Positions 1 through 12,188 of a stretch of 41,546 bases of DNA are shown here, in pieces (the stretch's first letter is position 1; every line of letters starts with the position of its first letter). The notes under the pieces were generated by a model. The model was not told where the DNA came from. It did no database searches and saw nothing but the letters and a program-made list of their open reading frames with translations. This stretch comes from Pelomyxa schiedti (taxonomy: Eukaryota > Protista > Evosea): the NCBI GenBank assembly GCA_020536535.1, contig JAHLWZ010000935.1, positions 1 through 41,546 of the forward strand, read 5' to 3'. The position numbers were made by a program, and so were the translations under genes.

Positions 1-1496
1 AGCTGTCACCAATTTGCTGAGTATGATGATACTCACCAAAAGTTGGTTTGTGATTGTATTGTTAGTTGAAAAGCTGCTTACTCCAAATGGAGAAGCAGTA
101 TTTGTGGCTTCTATACGGGGGGACAACGACACACAATCGATGCACGGAGGGATTGAGTCGTCAGTGTTCAGAAAGAACTTGTAATGGTGTTGGCCTGGTG
201 GCAGTGACAGTCGCAATGATGGTGTCGGGTCGGTGTACCACCGATGAAACATACGGTGTCGCTTCCAGTTGTCAAAACTACATGCCAGTTCGACGGTGAC
301 ACACCCGTAGGTGTACGCACTTGGAGCTCGAATATCCACCGAACGCATATTTGATCAAGACATTCGAAGTTTCTCGGGTTTCGAAGAAGACGGGTTTGTC
401 GCGAAACAGCCTGGGTTGTTTCGTCCAAGAAATGCTCCGTGTTACTGCAGTCGATCCCTTCGACGTTGTCAGCCTCCTTGAGGCTCTCGGGAGTCCGCGC
501 TGGAGGAAGGCGGCCCGCTGGGTGGTGCAGCCGACACCATGCTTGCAGCCCAGGGGCACGGGCCCACCGGGGAGGCTGGTGGCAATATTACGTTGACCAC
601 GCACTGCGTTGCGGCAACACGGAGGTAATTTTGTTGAGAAAAAAACCTAGATACTGTGTGTATGCTGCTCTTTAAGAATTTTCTCACAGTGGGCACACCA
701 TGCAGCTTGCGGCATGGATGCACAGTCAATTTACAATACAAACAAGAGAGCCATAGAATGGATTTTATGCCGCAGTGGCCAGACCCCATTTTACCCACAG
801 ACGACCTGTGGGCTCGCGCGATCATCGATGCAATCAAGAGGAAGTGGTATGACCTGCTTCTTGTTGTTGTGTCAAGGATGTATTCGAGAGACCCTGAATC
901 TCATCGGGGCGAGATGCAGAAGTGCCTTGAAACATTTTGCAAGGACAGCAGAACGGATATGATAGACTTAAAGAAACATTGACCTCGGAGCACTGGTACG
1001 GATGACGATGACGGATCGGGAAACGCTGAAATTCGTCTGCCACAGGTTCTGCTTTCAGATCTCAGGCATGAGCTGGATCTTATTCCCAAACTTTCAGGTG
1101 CGTGGCAGCAAATTGAGCTTTGCTCTCCTCCTCGACATCCCTCTTGATGTTGTCAGATACCTGGTGGACACCTGCCATATCCCAATGGCTAGCGGTCTGA
1201 TGAGGAGCCCTGGTGACCTTCATCCGAATGGCCCCTCTGCTATGCCCGTCTACAGAAGGCTTGAGAATCCGGAATTTGTCGAGAAACTGATTTGGTACGT
1301 GCACTCCTCACACCATTGCGCCGCGGTATCAGTTGTACCGTCCGTGGCACACTGGATACCGGACCCGAATCTGACCAAGATTTTGGGTGGCACAGCCACA
1401 TCGAGATTGAGAAATTTGCACGACACCGAGGAGTGTCTGAGCTGTACTCAATTTTGGACAGCGTACAACGAAGCCCGGTGCACACCAGCTGAATAA
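1..1496 (+). pseudogene. Degenerate or partial gene with ankyrin-like fragments
   Basis: Protein-like segments sit in different frames: ...YYVDHALRCGNTE before a gtaatt donor (~625), ORF 656-982, and ORF 1002-1496 containing DIPLDVVRYLVDTCHIP. ORF 656-982 (..MIDL) joins RNIDLGALVRMTMTDRET only through a 1-nt shift near 970. The 5' part is stop-interrupted and may be cut by the window edge. Confidence 0.35.
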
Positions 1497-1929
1497 AATA
1501 ATCAATTAAGGCACAGCCACACCCACACTCTGTGACGATGTGTTTTAATTTCCTGTAAAAAAAAAAACCCCTCCGCACGCGAAGATGCGGGTTGCGACGC
1601 CAGGCTACGGGTTCGTGCACACTCGTCGTGATGCAGATCGTGTACTGCCCCCCGTGAGCAGTCTTTTTCTTTCTTTGACTTGTACACCCTTTTTTTTTTT
1701 TTTTTTTTTGACACATTGAAATTAAACAAGGTGACGACCGCAGAAGGTGAGCCATCGACGTCAAATGGTCGCACGGAGCAAGTCACAGCTCAAGGAGGCG
1801 TGAAATCAGACATCTCAGTTTTTCGTGATGGATTCTTCTCGTGCATTAGGCGGCTTCCTTTCAAATGGGTATCATGATTTGGGCTCTTTTCCCCCTTTTT
1901 TTTTTCACACTGTTTAGCCCGAAGAAGTA

Positions 1930-4900
1930 ATGGTCGTTGTGTGTGACCAGAACTCTTTCATGCTCGAACTGGATTCACATAATTCACCGCCGATCGTGTA
2001 TGTGGACTCTCCTTCAGCGTCTATGCTTGCATCTCTTGCTGCGGGCTCCCCAAAGTTCTTTGAAACCATTTGCATGCTTGGAGCAACGCAAATGGCTGCC
2101 CTGATGACACATGGTTCCCCCAGAGTGGCCATGCACCTTGTAGCCTCTGCTTGGGAAGTTTTGGGTAAGCCAGTGCACGATCAAGTACTTGAGGGCATGC
2201 AAAAACTGTCTGGAGCGTGCCCCTTTGATGCAGGTCACGTGTGGGAGACTTTCCTTAGGAATGCTGCAGGGGTAACAGAAGCAGAGGTAACATTGCCCCA
2301 ATACCAATCCAACTCTAAAAAAAAACCTAAGAGGAGCTCCCAGGATGCTGCCTACGAGAAACGTGACAAGCTTGTCTCGTGGTTGCTTGCCAACCAGCTG
2401 ATAGAACTGCCTTACAACCACACTGCAATGTGCAATGCACTTCATAGTGATCTTTCAAGGAGACCAACCATGTGCCACTCTGTGCTTTCAAAATATGATG
2501 TTGCCTGTGAGCTAAGAAATGTTATGCGAGTTTCAAACTTCATTCGGGTAAGCCTCTCTTGTAGTCATATTTAAATCACATGACCGAAATAAGGAAGACT
2601 TAATCCCTAGAACAACTGCAGCCACCCCCATATTGCTTGTGGGTCGCGAGAGCCGTGCTTTTGGGAATCAAGCCTATCTTATGGCCTCCAGCAAACTCGT
2701 TCTCCCTGACGAAAACCTAATCTCCTCTGCCCAAACTCTTTTCAACATTTCGGATGGTGCAGAATTGAGGAAGGATCTCTTTTCAGTCATACCACCTAAT
2801 AACAACACTGCATTCAATCTGGTAGTTAAGCTGACTGATCTTTTGGTTCACCTTGGTCCAGGTGTGGGACGGCTGAAATCACTTGTTTCTAGGAAGGAAC
2901 CACACCCCTTGACACAGTACTGTGGTGTATTGCAGACCCTTCACCACCAGTTGGAGATTATACACACAGAATCCCGTATTATTCTAGATAAGGAAGTTTC
3001 ACGTGTGGTATGTGGCATTTCCCCACCTCTATGGCTTTACCTGACTGAATTCAGGTCCTGAGCTTGACAGATTATGCTTTTCGAACCTTGCAAGATTGTC
3101 AGCATCTCCAGGACTATCGTAACTCACTTATGTTACTGAAACAGAGGATGGACAGATATTCAGGGATCAGTGGTGATTTTGCTTCTGCAATTACCTCAGT
3201 GGAGGATTTTCTGCCCTTACAAAAGACAATAAGCCCGGCATTTAGTGTATTGTTGCAGCGCATTTCTCCCAATGCTGCTGAGAAATTCAAAGCTAATGAA
3301 ATTGAGGACAAACCAGAGCAAGAACCTGCCCTCAGAAAACTCGTACGTATTGGCGGGGATCGTGTGTACATGTCAGCATCATTTGAATGGATTTCAGAGG
3401 CAACTGATATTGTTGAAGCAGTACCCCTTTTCATATATGAACACACCGTGGAAAGGGAGGGCATCTCCAAGACTGAATTTCATGTAGACCAAGAGGGTCT
3501 GGAGGTTTGCTCATACTCCTTCCATTAGCCTCAATTTCCCTGGTTCACAAATCGCAGGCTACTGTGCGGCAGATGGCTCCTAACCTGGCCGAGAATATCA
3601 GACGAATGTTATCTTCACTCCATGTATCTCTTGCCCGTGAAGTTGTGTGCCATGCAGTTTCTGTGTCCCTGGAACAGTTGAAACTATTGGTCACTGAGAA
3701 TGGTCTTGACATAGACTCTGCTGTGTTGACTGCCTTAAAAGAATGCCGGCAGCGTGAAGTCTCTTTGGTTGCCCTATGGATTTCCATTCAATTTGAGAAG
3801 AGGGTGGAAGAGATTGAGGAGTACGTGGAACAACAGTGGTGCACAAATAACTATGTGGATCTTCTTTCTGCCACTCGTTCGGTTTTGGTGCAACCCAATG
3901 CCAAACTGCTGAGTCCATCTTACTCCACTGCTTGTGAAAAACTTGTTGCCCAAGTTTGCAATAGTGAAATATCCAATGATTCTACTGGAATATCTAAGTA
4001 CACTCCAATTCTGTGGAAGCGACAAAGACCACTACCTGCGTTTCACCTTCTTACCACAGAGGCACCTGGATTGATGGAGGCCTTCATACAAACAGTGCTA
4101 GAAGAACAAATGGCACTAGAAAACATTATTCTAGCCTATGGCCTTGAGTCAGAAGTAAAACTGCGCTCTGAGAAGTATGCAGGCAAGCTGCTGCACATCA
4201 GTCGTCACATAATATCTGAATTTGGCTATGAACCTCTTCTCAAGCAATACTTAGCAAAGCAGAACTGTTCTGAAGCAACCGCGTCCTTTACACTCATCCA
4301 AGAGCACACAAGAGTTCAAGAAGAGGTAGCAATACTAGCAGTTCTAGTTGATACTGCCTTTTCCCTCTCTGTAACAGACATGAACTCAGAAAACTGGATC
4401 ACAGAATGCATCTCTTGGATTGAAAGTGAGTGCACCAAGTTAAAATTACAGGAGCCCTCCTTGATGTTAGAGATAGAGTGCATTTCTTTACAACATGTTT
4501 TAGCTAATAACTTGGTGGATCCTGTCTTTTCTGAACTAAATGAAGCAAGTGGGAGCAAGCCTTCTGCATCTGCCGTGCGCATGGTGGTGATGCGGTCCCC
4601 TGAATTTTTAATGGAATTTAAAAGCAACATTTCATGGCAGTTACGGAGGCATCTTCTGCATTCTCTAGACAAAAGACATCCAGAGCTTTGTCTGGAGCGA
4701 CATGCTAAGCACTATATCCGGAACAGAACAGTGCTCACAAGAACATTAGCTGCACGTGAATTGATAAAGGAGAAAGGCCTTGCTCCACTGATGCTCTCTC
4801 CCCTCTATGCCTATGGTAGTGGAGTTGTGGATCAAAGAGATGGGCATGCAGTCCCTGTTGGACGCAGGAAGAGGTTTCTTCCATATGAAAATAATTAACA

Positions 4901-7900
4901 CTGAGCATCCTTGTGACCTCAAACAAGATATCACTTGATATATGCCCCAAGCAGAGTGAATCTAGGTAAGGGTGAACTGATGTCAGTGCAACAGTGGCCT
5001 CAGTGGGCTGGCGTGAGTGATCCCCTTGCTGCTTCTCATGCCAAGCACATGTATGAGCATATAAACTATCACCCCGTGATACACACAATTCGTGAAACTG
5101 AGAATCTAAAGGTGAGTGAAAATCAATGGACAGCATTGATTCGCGCCGTACGCAATTGTCAGGCCTTGTTTGTAGACAGAGAGGGAGTGGGAGATATAGA
5201 GCTACTGGAATACGAATATGCACAGAGGGATGGCCTAGCTGCAGCTTCTCGTAAGCTGAAGGAAAATTATTCGGCAGGGCCAACTGCTGGATATTGCATT
5301 CCAAAGGACTTACTTTTCAAAATGTTTGTGGTTACATTCCAGGATGAGTCTAAGCTTGAACAAATTGGTGTCTCTGCACATCTCCATGCTTCAACTCTCA
5401 GTACCCTTCATGATATATTGGACAGGAGACCAGACTTTCGTAGTGTTGCTGAATGGGAAAAATGGGCTGCAACACTTTTACAACCCGAGTCAATAAACTC
5501 CCGGCTCCTAGGAAGCAATTTGCAAACCTCTCATAGTATTCAGCGATTTAATTCTTGTCTTGGTAATACTTCCATTGTCTATCACTTACCCAAGCTGAGC
5601 AATTTGCTGCCTACTGTTGGTGTTCCCAACCCAAGGACACAACATGGACGTGATCTAGCCGCAGTTGTGTGGAGTTCTTGGGCAGAAAAGAAGATTAGTC
5701 TTGGCGGAGAACAAGTAAACCGATCACTTGTATTTGGATTTGTAAGAGGTATATTTCGTGCTGCAAGAATGGCTCGAAGTCTTAATCCATTGGTTCCCGT
5801 TGCTCAAGATGAGCGGCTTCATATCCATGTTTTTGGGACTTACAAAGGGGATGAAGATTATCCTGCACCACCTGATGTTCGGTTTGCAATGTCAATGCGT
5901 TTGTTCATGATACTCAGTGGTCATAGTCATGAAGTTGCTTTGTGCCTTGATGAAGAGGGTCAAGTTATAGCTCACCTACTCACACATGGCCTCAAGTTGC
6001 AGTCACAAAACGCAATGGATAAACGAGCTGCCAGCATGCTAGCTTCTCACTTTGTTGGAAAGAATGAATTTGATTCCAATGAAGACGCGAGGGTGATTGA
6101 GGCATTGATGAAAGAATTTCCACCAATGCCAAGCGTTGCAGACATTACCATTACGAGTGTACCTGGTGTCACCACGGAAGATTTACTTGGATTTAATGCT
6201 GAAACGAAGGCTCTTCTGTCCAATGACGCAAAAAGAGCCTTGGAGCTTCTGAAGACTTATGGAATTAATACTGAACAAATGAGGGCAAATGCTCGATTGC
6301 ACAAAAAGTTTCCAGAAGAATGGGCTCCTCTAAATAAACTCTCCACACAAAAAATACAGTTCCTCAAGGAAGAAGTGGGGTATTCAATACACCCCCTGGT
6401 TTTACAGTTACGTGGGCCTGGGTCAAATTTTAGGTTGGACTTACAGGCACAAGATATAGTCTTATTCTGCTGTCCCCATATGCAGGTTGGTGTGGAACTC
6501 TCCATGGTTTTTTTGTTTCTAATGGAGTTTGAAAGATGATGTCTCTTACTCCAACAGAGCTACGGGACCTTATGCTCCTTGGCAACCCTACAAGCGCCCT
6601 TGTTGCCCTCGACTTCGTAGTTCAGGGAAAAAAGAGGGTGTGGTGTGATAGAGATGTAATGAGCTGGTATGCTGCATGTCGGGGAATAGATGCGCAAGGG
6701 AATGAAATTGAAAATTGGGATGAAAGGGAAATTCGCGGACGTAGAGGCTCATATCTTGCGTTTGGTAAAGGCATATTCGATGTTGAATCATCCCTTGGCA
6801 TGATATTATATGATCGTGTTGGCTGCCAAGAAAAACGGGCCATAAAGCTTTACAAAGCCTTAGAGAATGTGGTAAATAGCAAGCCCCAAGCATACGAAGA
6901 ATTCCTGTCGATTTTCACAGAGGAATTCTCTATTGCCAAGTCCTCCTCTGTAAGACAAGAAATGGAGTGGGCATGTGACTATGAGCAACAAGTGATCCTC
7001 AAGGGCAGGTTTCAACAACGAGACACTATAATACGACAAGTACTAGAAAATATTGTGTATGGAATGCCGGCTAAAAGTTTTGGAGCTTTAGAGTGGCTCG
7101 CAACTGGTGGAATGTACCTCTTAAATGGCCTTCCTGCCTTAAAGCAGCAAAGGATTCTTGAGATTTGCTTTAAAGCTATCTCTGTTATGAATGGGAAGCC
7201 TCTGATAAGCAACTCTGATAGCGATAAAATATCGCACTTGATTCGCCCCCAGTCAATTGGAGCGTCATTCAAGTGGGCAGAGCAAAAAGGAGAAATGTTT
7301 TCCGTTAAAGCATCTGAACAAGTTAAAGAAACTGCCGTTGCGCGCCGACGGGCATTAATAGCTGCTAGTCGGATGCAAGCAACTGCCGAGCAGCTTTCCC
7401 AAGGCGTTTTATCTTGTTCTAACCTACATTTTCCTGAAACACCCCATCAACTACTACAATTTGCATTATCCACTACACGAGAAATTGTGGAATCCCTTAG
7501 GAATTCGTCACGTTCCTTTAGTGCAGCTTCACTTGTTGGAAAACTGTTGGGCCTGTGTCCAGCTGCAATTGACTCAATAACTGATCTTCTGCCACTTCCC
7601 CATAAAACATTGGTGAAAACATACACCAAACAGCTGACTGACGAATCTGGGTTAAAAATTGAAGTGTGGAAAAAGTTCAGTGGCACTTACGAGGACCAAG
7701 GACTTCTTTCAGAGATGTTTGATGCATGCAGCACCAGTTCTGAAAACGAAGAACTTGTGCTATCTCTATGTGAAATTCTCTACACGGCATTACTAATGTG
7801 GAAGACTTTACCCTTTCTCACCACAACCACTGACAATGTTGGGAATGTCCATCTTTGGCGGGCACTGGCCGAGTTTTTTGCTGAAACCATTGATGACCAT

Positions 7901-10900
7901 TACAGCGAGTACAATCCATGGTATTTGGACCATAAAAGATGCTCTCACTGGCACAGATTGTATGATACCTTGGGGTTTCTGAAGCCGGAAACCAGTGAAA
8001 TCCTTTACCAACTGGCCTGGAAGCATCATCGATATATGTATTTCTATGTGAGAACACTGATACTCGAGCACACTGCATTCAGTGCAATTCCGAGCACAGA
8101 GGCGGAGGTTTTACTTGGAGATGTGGTCTTAGGCAATTCACTGAGTGGTGAAGAAGACGTGGTCCGTGTGGTTGGCATTGGTGCTGGTCATCCTCCAGGC
8201 TATTTTGAAACACTGTGGCGAGCGTATAACCACCTCCGTGAGTTTGCCTTTATGGCAAATGATGGCTTTTCGTTGCCTGTTGTGGCTTGTGGGGTGGATC
8301 CCCAAACCCTAAATTGCACTTCACGTGTAAATCACGTGTTTCTATATCCTGTTGGTCGCACTCATATCTCAAGAGCTCTATCTGAAGGGCCAACAATGGG
8401 GGCCAATTTACTAGTAACCCGCGACGGTTGCATAAACTCTCTTCCTAAAAGTGAGGATCACCGCCCACTTGTGTGTATCAGTGACGCCCACACATGGCTC
8501 AGATTTGACGAGGCCGTGATGCTTCTTCATACTTCACGCAATATTACTCAGGAGCAAGCTCGAGACTACTTACTAGCATCGAACTATAACACAAGCAAGG
8601 GGGTAAGGTTTGCAATTACATTTTCCGACCCTGTGTGGGCTGGATCAGTATGCTGCTTCCACCATCATCGACTAGAAAAAGAGGTGTTCACAACCTGTGG
8701 CTATCCATCAACGGACAAATCCAGGGTACTTTTCGAATTGACATATAATAAATCACTCTATCCATCTATCTACACCGTGCCCGGGAGTGGAGTTGAACTT
8801 CCTCCAGAAATTGATTGGATGTTAGAGCATACAACGAAATTTGGGAGCAATGACGCAGAGGCAATTGTGGCAATTTCACAAAGGTTACGAGAATTTGCAC
8901 AGAGACATTTTTCAATCATCGCGAAAGGAGCTGCTGAATCCGGTGCAAGGAATTTACAAAGATTTGACCTTGTCAATCGTAACTCTGGTGTCGTTGACGA
9001 ACAACAACTTGTGGCTGCCAGTAAGTTTGTATACACTATAAGCAAGACTCAGAATGTAACCATTCAGAGAGCTATCATTACTACACCTTTTTCATGGATG
9101 GATTCCCAGGCAATTGAAAGGTTTGTGGAAAGACAACAAACAGAATGGGGTGCTGCAGTCCAATTACATGTTCACCCTAAAGATGCTGTATATGGTACCC
9201 TTCGTGTGATCATGTCGTGTGGAATGCCAAACAGTTGCAATCTACACGATCCGGCCAATTGGACCCCTTCACACATTCTTTATTTATGCAGCACCCAGGT
9301 GGCCACAAACGTGGGCCGCCAGGGTACTCTTGAAGTTCTAGACCCGAAGTAAGTTTTTTTTTTGTGTAGGTTGTTCTAAACCACCTCAAATAGGTTTATT
9401 CAACCTGCTTTCCGTGAATCTTTCATTACTGGACTGGTTGATGCCGCACGAAATTCTATGGTAGCTGTTTCACGGTTTGGGCACCATTACTGGCACAACT
9501 GCAGTACCGTTGAAGGCGTTACTCTACCGTCTTACCATGAGCTTCATCCTGAAGACCCCGAGTGTGATTCGAGTGGAATTCCCTACTGGTGGCCTCGATA
9601 CCTTATGCTGGATTTCTTACCGGAACCAATATTTGCTACACAAGATGGGAAAATACTTCATGATGTACAAATTCTGGATGTGTGCCCTGTATGCATTGCT
9701 GATTTTTTCCTTGGTCATTAACCTCTACCAGGGGAGGACCCTTATTGCAACTCAGACCCATTTTGTGATACAGACCCCTGGTTGTCCCTCCCCCTTTATT
9801 CCTCGCATTGCAGGTTTTCGATTTTGGCTACTTGAGCCAAATGTAGGTATAGGATTATGGCCAAATTATTGGAAGAGAGAGGTGTGCCTTGAACAAGAGA
9901 TGTGCGTCCAACAACATCGAGAAACGAACTGGGGGAATGTGGGTGTCAGTGACAGAATCGTTTTGTCAAACTTCTTGCTTGCTGGAGCAGCTTTCATGAA
10001 GTCACGGGGCATTTCCGTTCCTCCCTGTATCCCGGTTAGGAACTCGGAAAGCACATCATCTCAACAACTTTCCACAAATGTTCAAGACACAAAAGGTCTC
10101 TTCCTTTCAGCACTACAAGCCTTACATGAGCAACTACCTCATGTAAAAGAAGTAGGACCCCTCGAATTTAGTATCCTCCTGGTTGAACTGGCCTACCTTT
10201 ATTTCAAGGAACAGTTCTCTACACAGAAAATTAGCAATTCTCACACCCTCGAGCTCGTTAAGAGGTGGGTTGAGTCTGAGGAGGCAATCTCTCAAATTTT
10301 TGAACCTACAGTCTCAAAACTGCCAATTCCCATCGCATTAAGCAAAAGTGCTCTCTTGTCCTTCTTAGGAGACCCAGTCTACACATGCAGGATAGCAGAG
10401 ATTGTACTTGACCGGTTTAAGAGTGTACTTTTAACTCCCCCAACTGCACTCTTACCTCATTCATGTGAGTCTATGGGCCAAAGCACAACATTTTCCAAGC
10501 CCAACATTGTGGCGGTTGTTACTGGCAAAAGGTCACTTATGTCTCACCACCTTTTTCCCTGGTGCATGCGTCAGAGCACAGACACGTTAGTTATAGGCGT
10601 TCATACAGACTGGCTAACACCAGACGCAAAAGCATCCAGAATCATAACCTATGATCCTGCAAAGTCCCTCTTTATTGAACTGGCACTTGCGGCACCCCTT
10701 AGATTTACTCATACCTATGTTGTTGAGCTGCCTGCAAGCACAGAACTCATCGATCTCACGACGTTGTGCACCTGGTTTGATAGTGTGAATATAAAATCTA
10801 TCAACCCGTTATCCAGTGCCATAGAGCGTGCAGCTGATAAAACGTGGCTAATGAAGAACGCATCGTTGTTCAGCATTCCAGTCCCACTTTCTGGAGTAGT

Positions 10901-11590
10901 AAGTAAGGCTGCCGATATCGGCCGTGTAATACAAGAGCTTTCCTCATTATCTCGGAGCGAGGGAATTATCATCAAAGCCGCAAAGGGAACAACCGAGGGA
11001 GCAACTGTGCAATGGTTTGCTTCTACCGACGCGGCAAGTGCCTCCAACTACGCTGAGAGATTACTTTCACGAGGGGATATTATTATTAGCAAGTATGAAG
11101 GATCAGTAACCTATCAGGGCTGCCCGCTTGTTTTGCGCTTCAATGTTGCCTGCACCGGAACCGAGTGGCACACAACATGTTCTCCAGTCATTGGTGCCAA
11201 AGGGGAAAAGGTAGCAGTGCTGGGAAAAATTCCGGCTCAGCCAACAATGTCAACAGTACTGCGGAACTTGCAAGTCGCAAACACCGGCACAACAGTTTCA
11301 ATTACAGAGACGGAGTTCAACAGCCTTACCAACATCGCAAAGCTAACTGCTAACAAGGTATCTATCTACCCTAGCCCTATCACCCTTCCTAATTATGAGC
11401 ACAGATAAGCCTTCCACTTGTTGGTATTGATGTAGTTTTGGTTCACACCGAGGCAGGAATACAAGGACGCGTACTAGAAGCCAATGCCAGGCCCGGCAGC
11501 CTCATTTTCGCCGAGACAGTTCAGTTCACACCCCAAGGAATAGTATCTTCACCTGCACAAGCAATACCGCCATCATTTTTCCTGTCGTAG
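1930..11590 (+). CDS. Giant multidomain enzyme (~3091 aa): nucleotide-sugar dehydrogenase-like region plus two ATP-grasp domains
   Basis: Nine exons joined by phase-consistent GT-AG introns: 1930-2547, 2594-3007, 3055-3504, 3558-4873, 4928-6485, 6536-9348, 9394-9688, 9732-11357, 11405-11590 (9276 nt). Dehydrogenase motifs: YAPSRVNLG, ETENLKVSEN, AGPTAGYCIPKD, GTYKGD..DVR, DIVLFCCPH, YLAFGKG. ATP-grasp 1: IIAKGAAESGARN, LMLDFL, LLEPNVG. ATP-grasp 2: AADKTWL, IIIKAAKGTTEG, VGIDVV, VLEANARPG. Confidence 0.85.
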
Positions 11591-12188
11591 GTATTCCTTG
11601 AAACAAAAGAACTTCTCGTTTGCTGTTACTTGAGGTCGTGGAGATTGGCATAATGAGGGCAATTAGATTACTGCTTGTAAACACCCTCAGAACCCTTCAG
11701 CTTCAACAATGCTCAGTCTTTTTTTTAAAGACTCAAGCCTCTCTCCGTCTTTTTTATTTAAATTGAAAGAAGGGAGAGTACGAGCCCCTCCCAATCACAA
11801 AAATACGTGATCAAAGCGCATTAGTTGACGACCAGGAGCACGGTTGCTCATTAGTAAAAGGCGAATGACAAAAACGTTATGCGCCTGGCCCTGCGCCGGT
11901 GATTAGAAATTCTCTCCAACCCTTCGAATTTAAACAGGGTCCCACCGATTCGAATTATGGTTTGGATCCAAATTGGTTGCTACACGCGGAGAAAGAAGAG
12001 TTTTAAAGGGGTTTATTTATTGTTGACCCAAAAAAAACAACAAAGATTTTGACAATGGCATTTTGTGGCAAAGGGAATAGCTAATTCGGTGTTGGTGGGA
12101 GCTTGACATGTGGGAAGCCAGAACTCCTTACCAAGGAGTCCATGTCTCTAATTGTCTGATTCTAATTCTTTTGTGGAGTTGGAACACA

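Noticed and set aside
9477-9731. Hydrophobic N-terminus of ORF 9477-11408 as a TM segment
   Set aside because: It comes from an off-frame exon plus intron 9689-9731. The true frame carries the ATP-grasp LMLDFL motif.
1930-11408. Reading the consecutive + ORFs as a bacterial-style operon (e.g. ATGA overlap at 6536-6539)
   Set aside because: Each junction has a phase-consistent GT-AG intron of 43-54 nt, so this is one eukaryotic gene.
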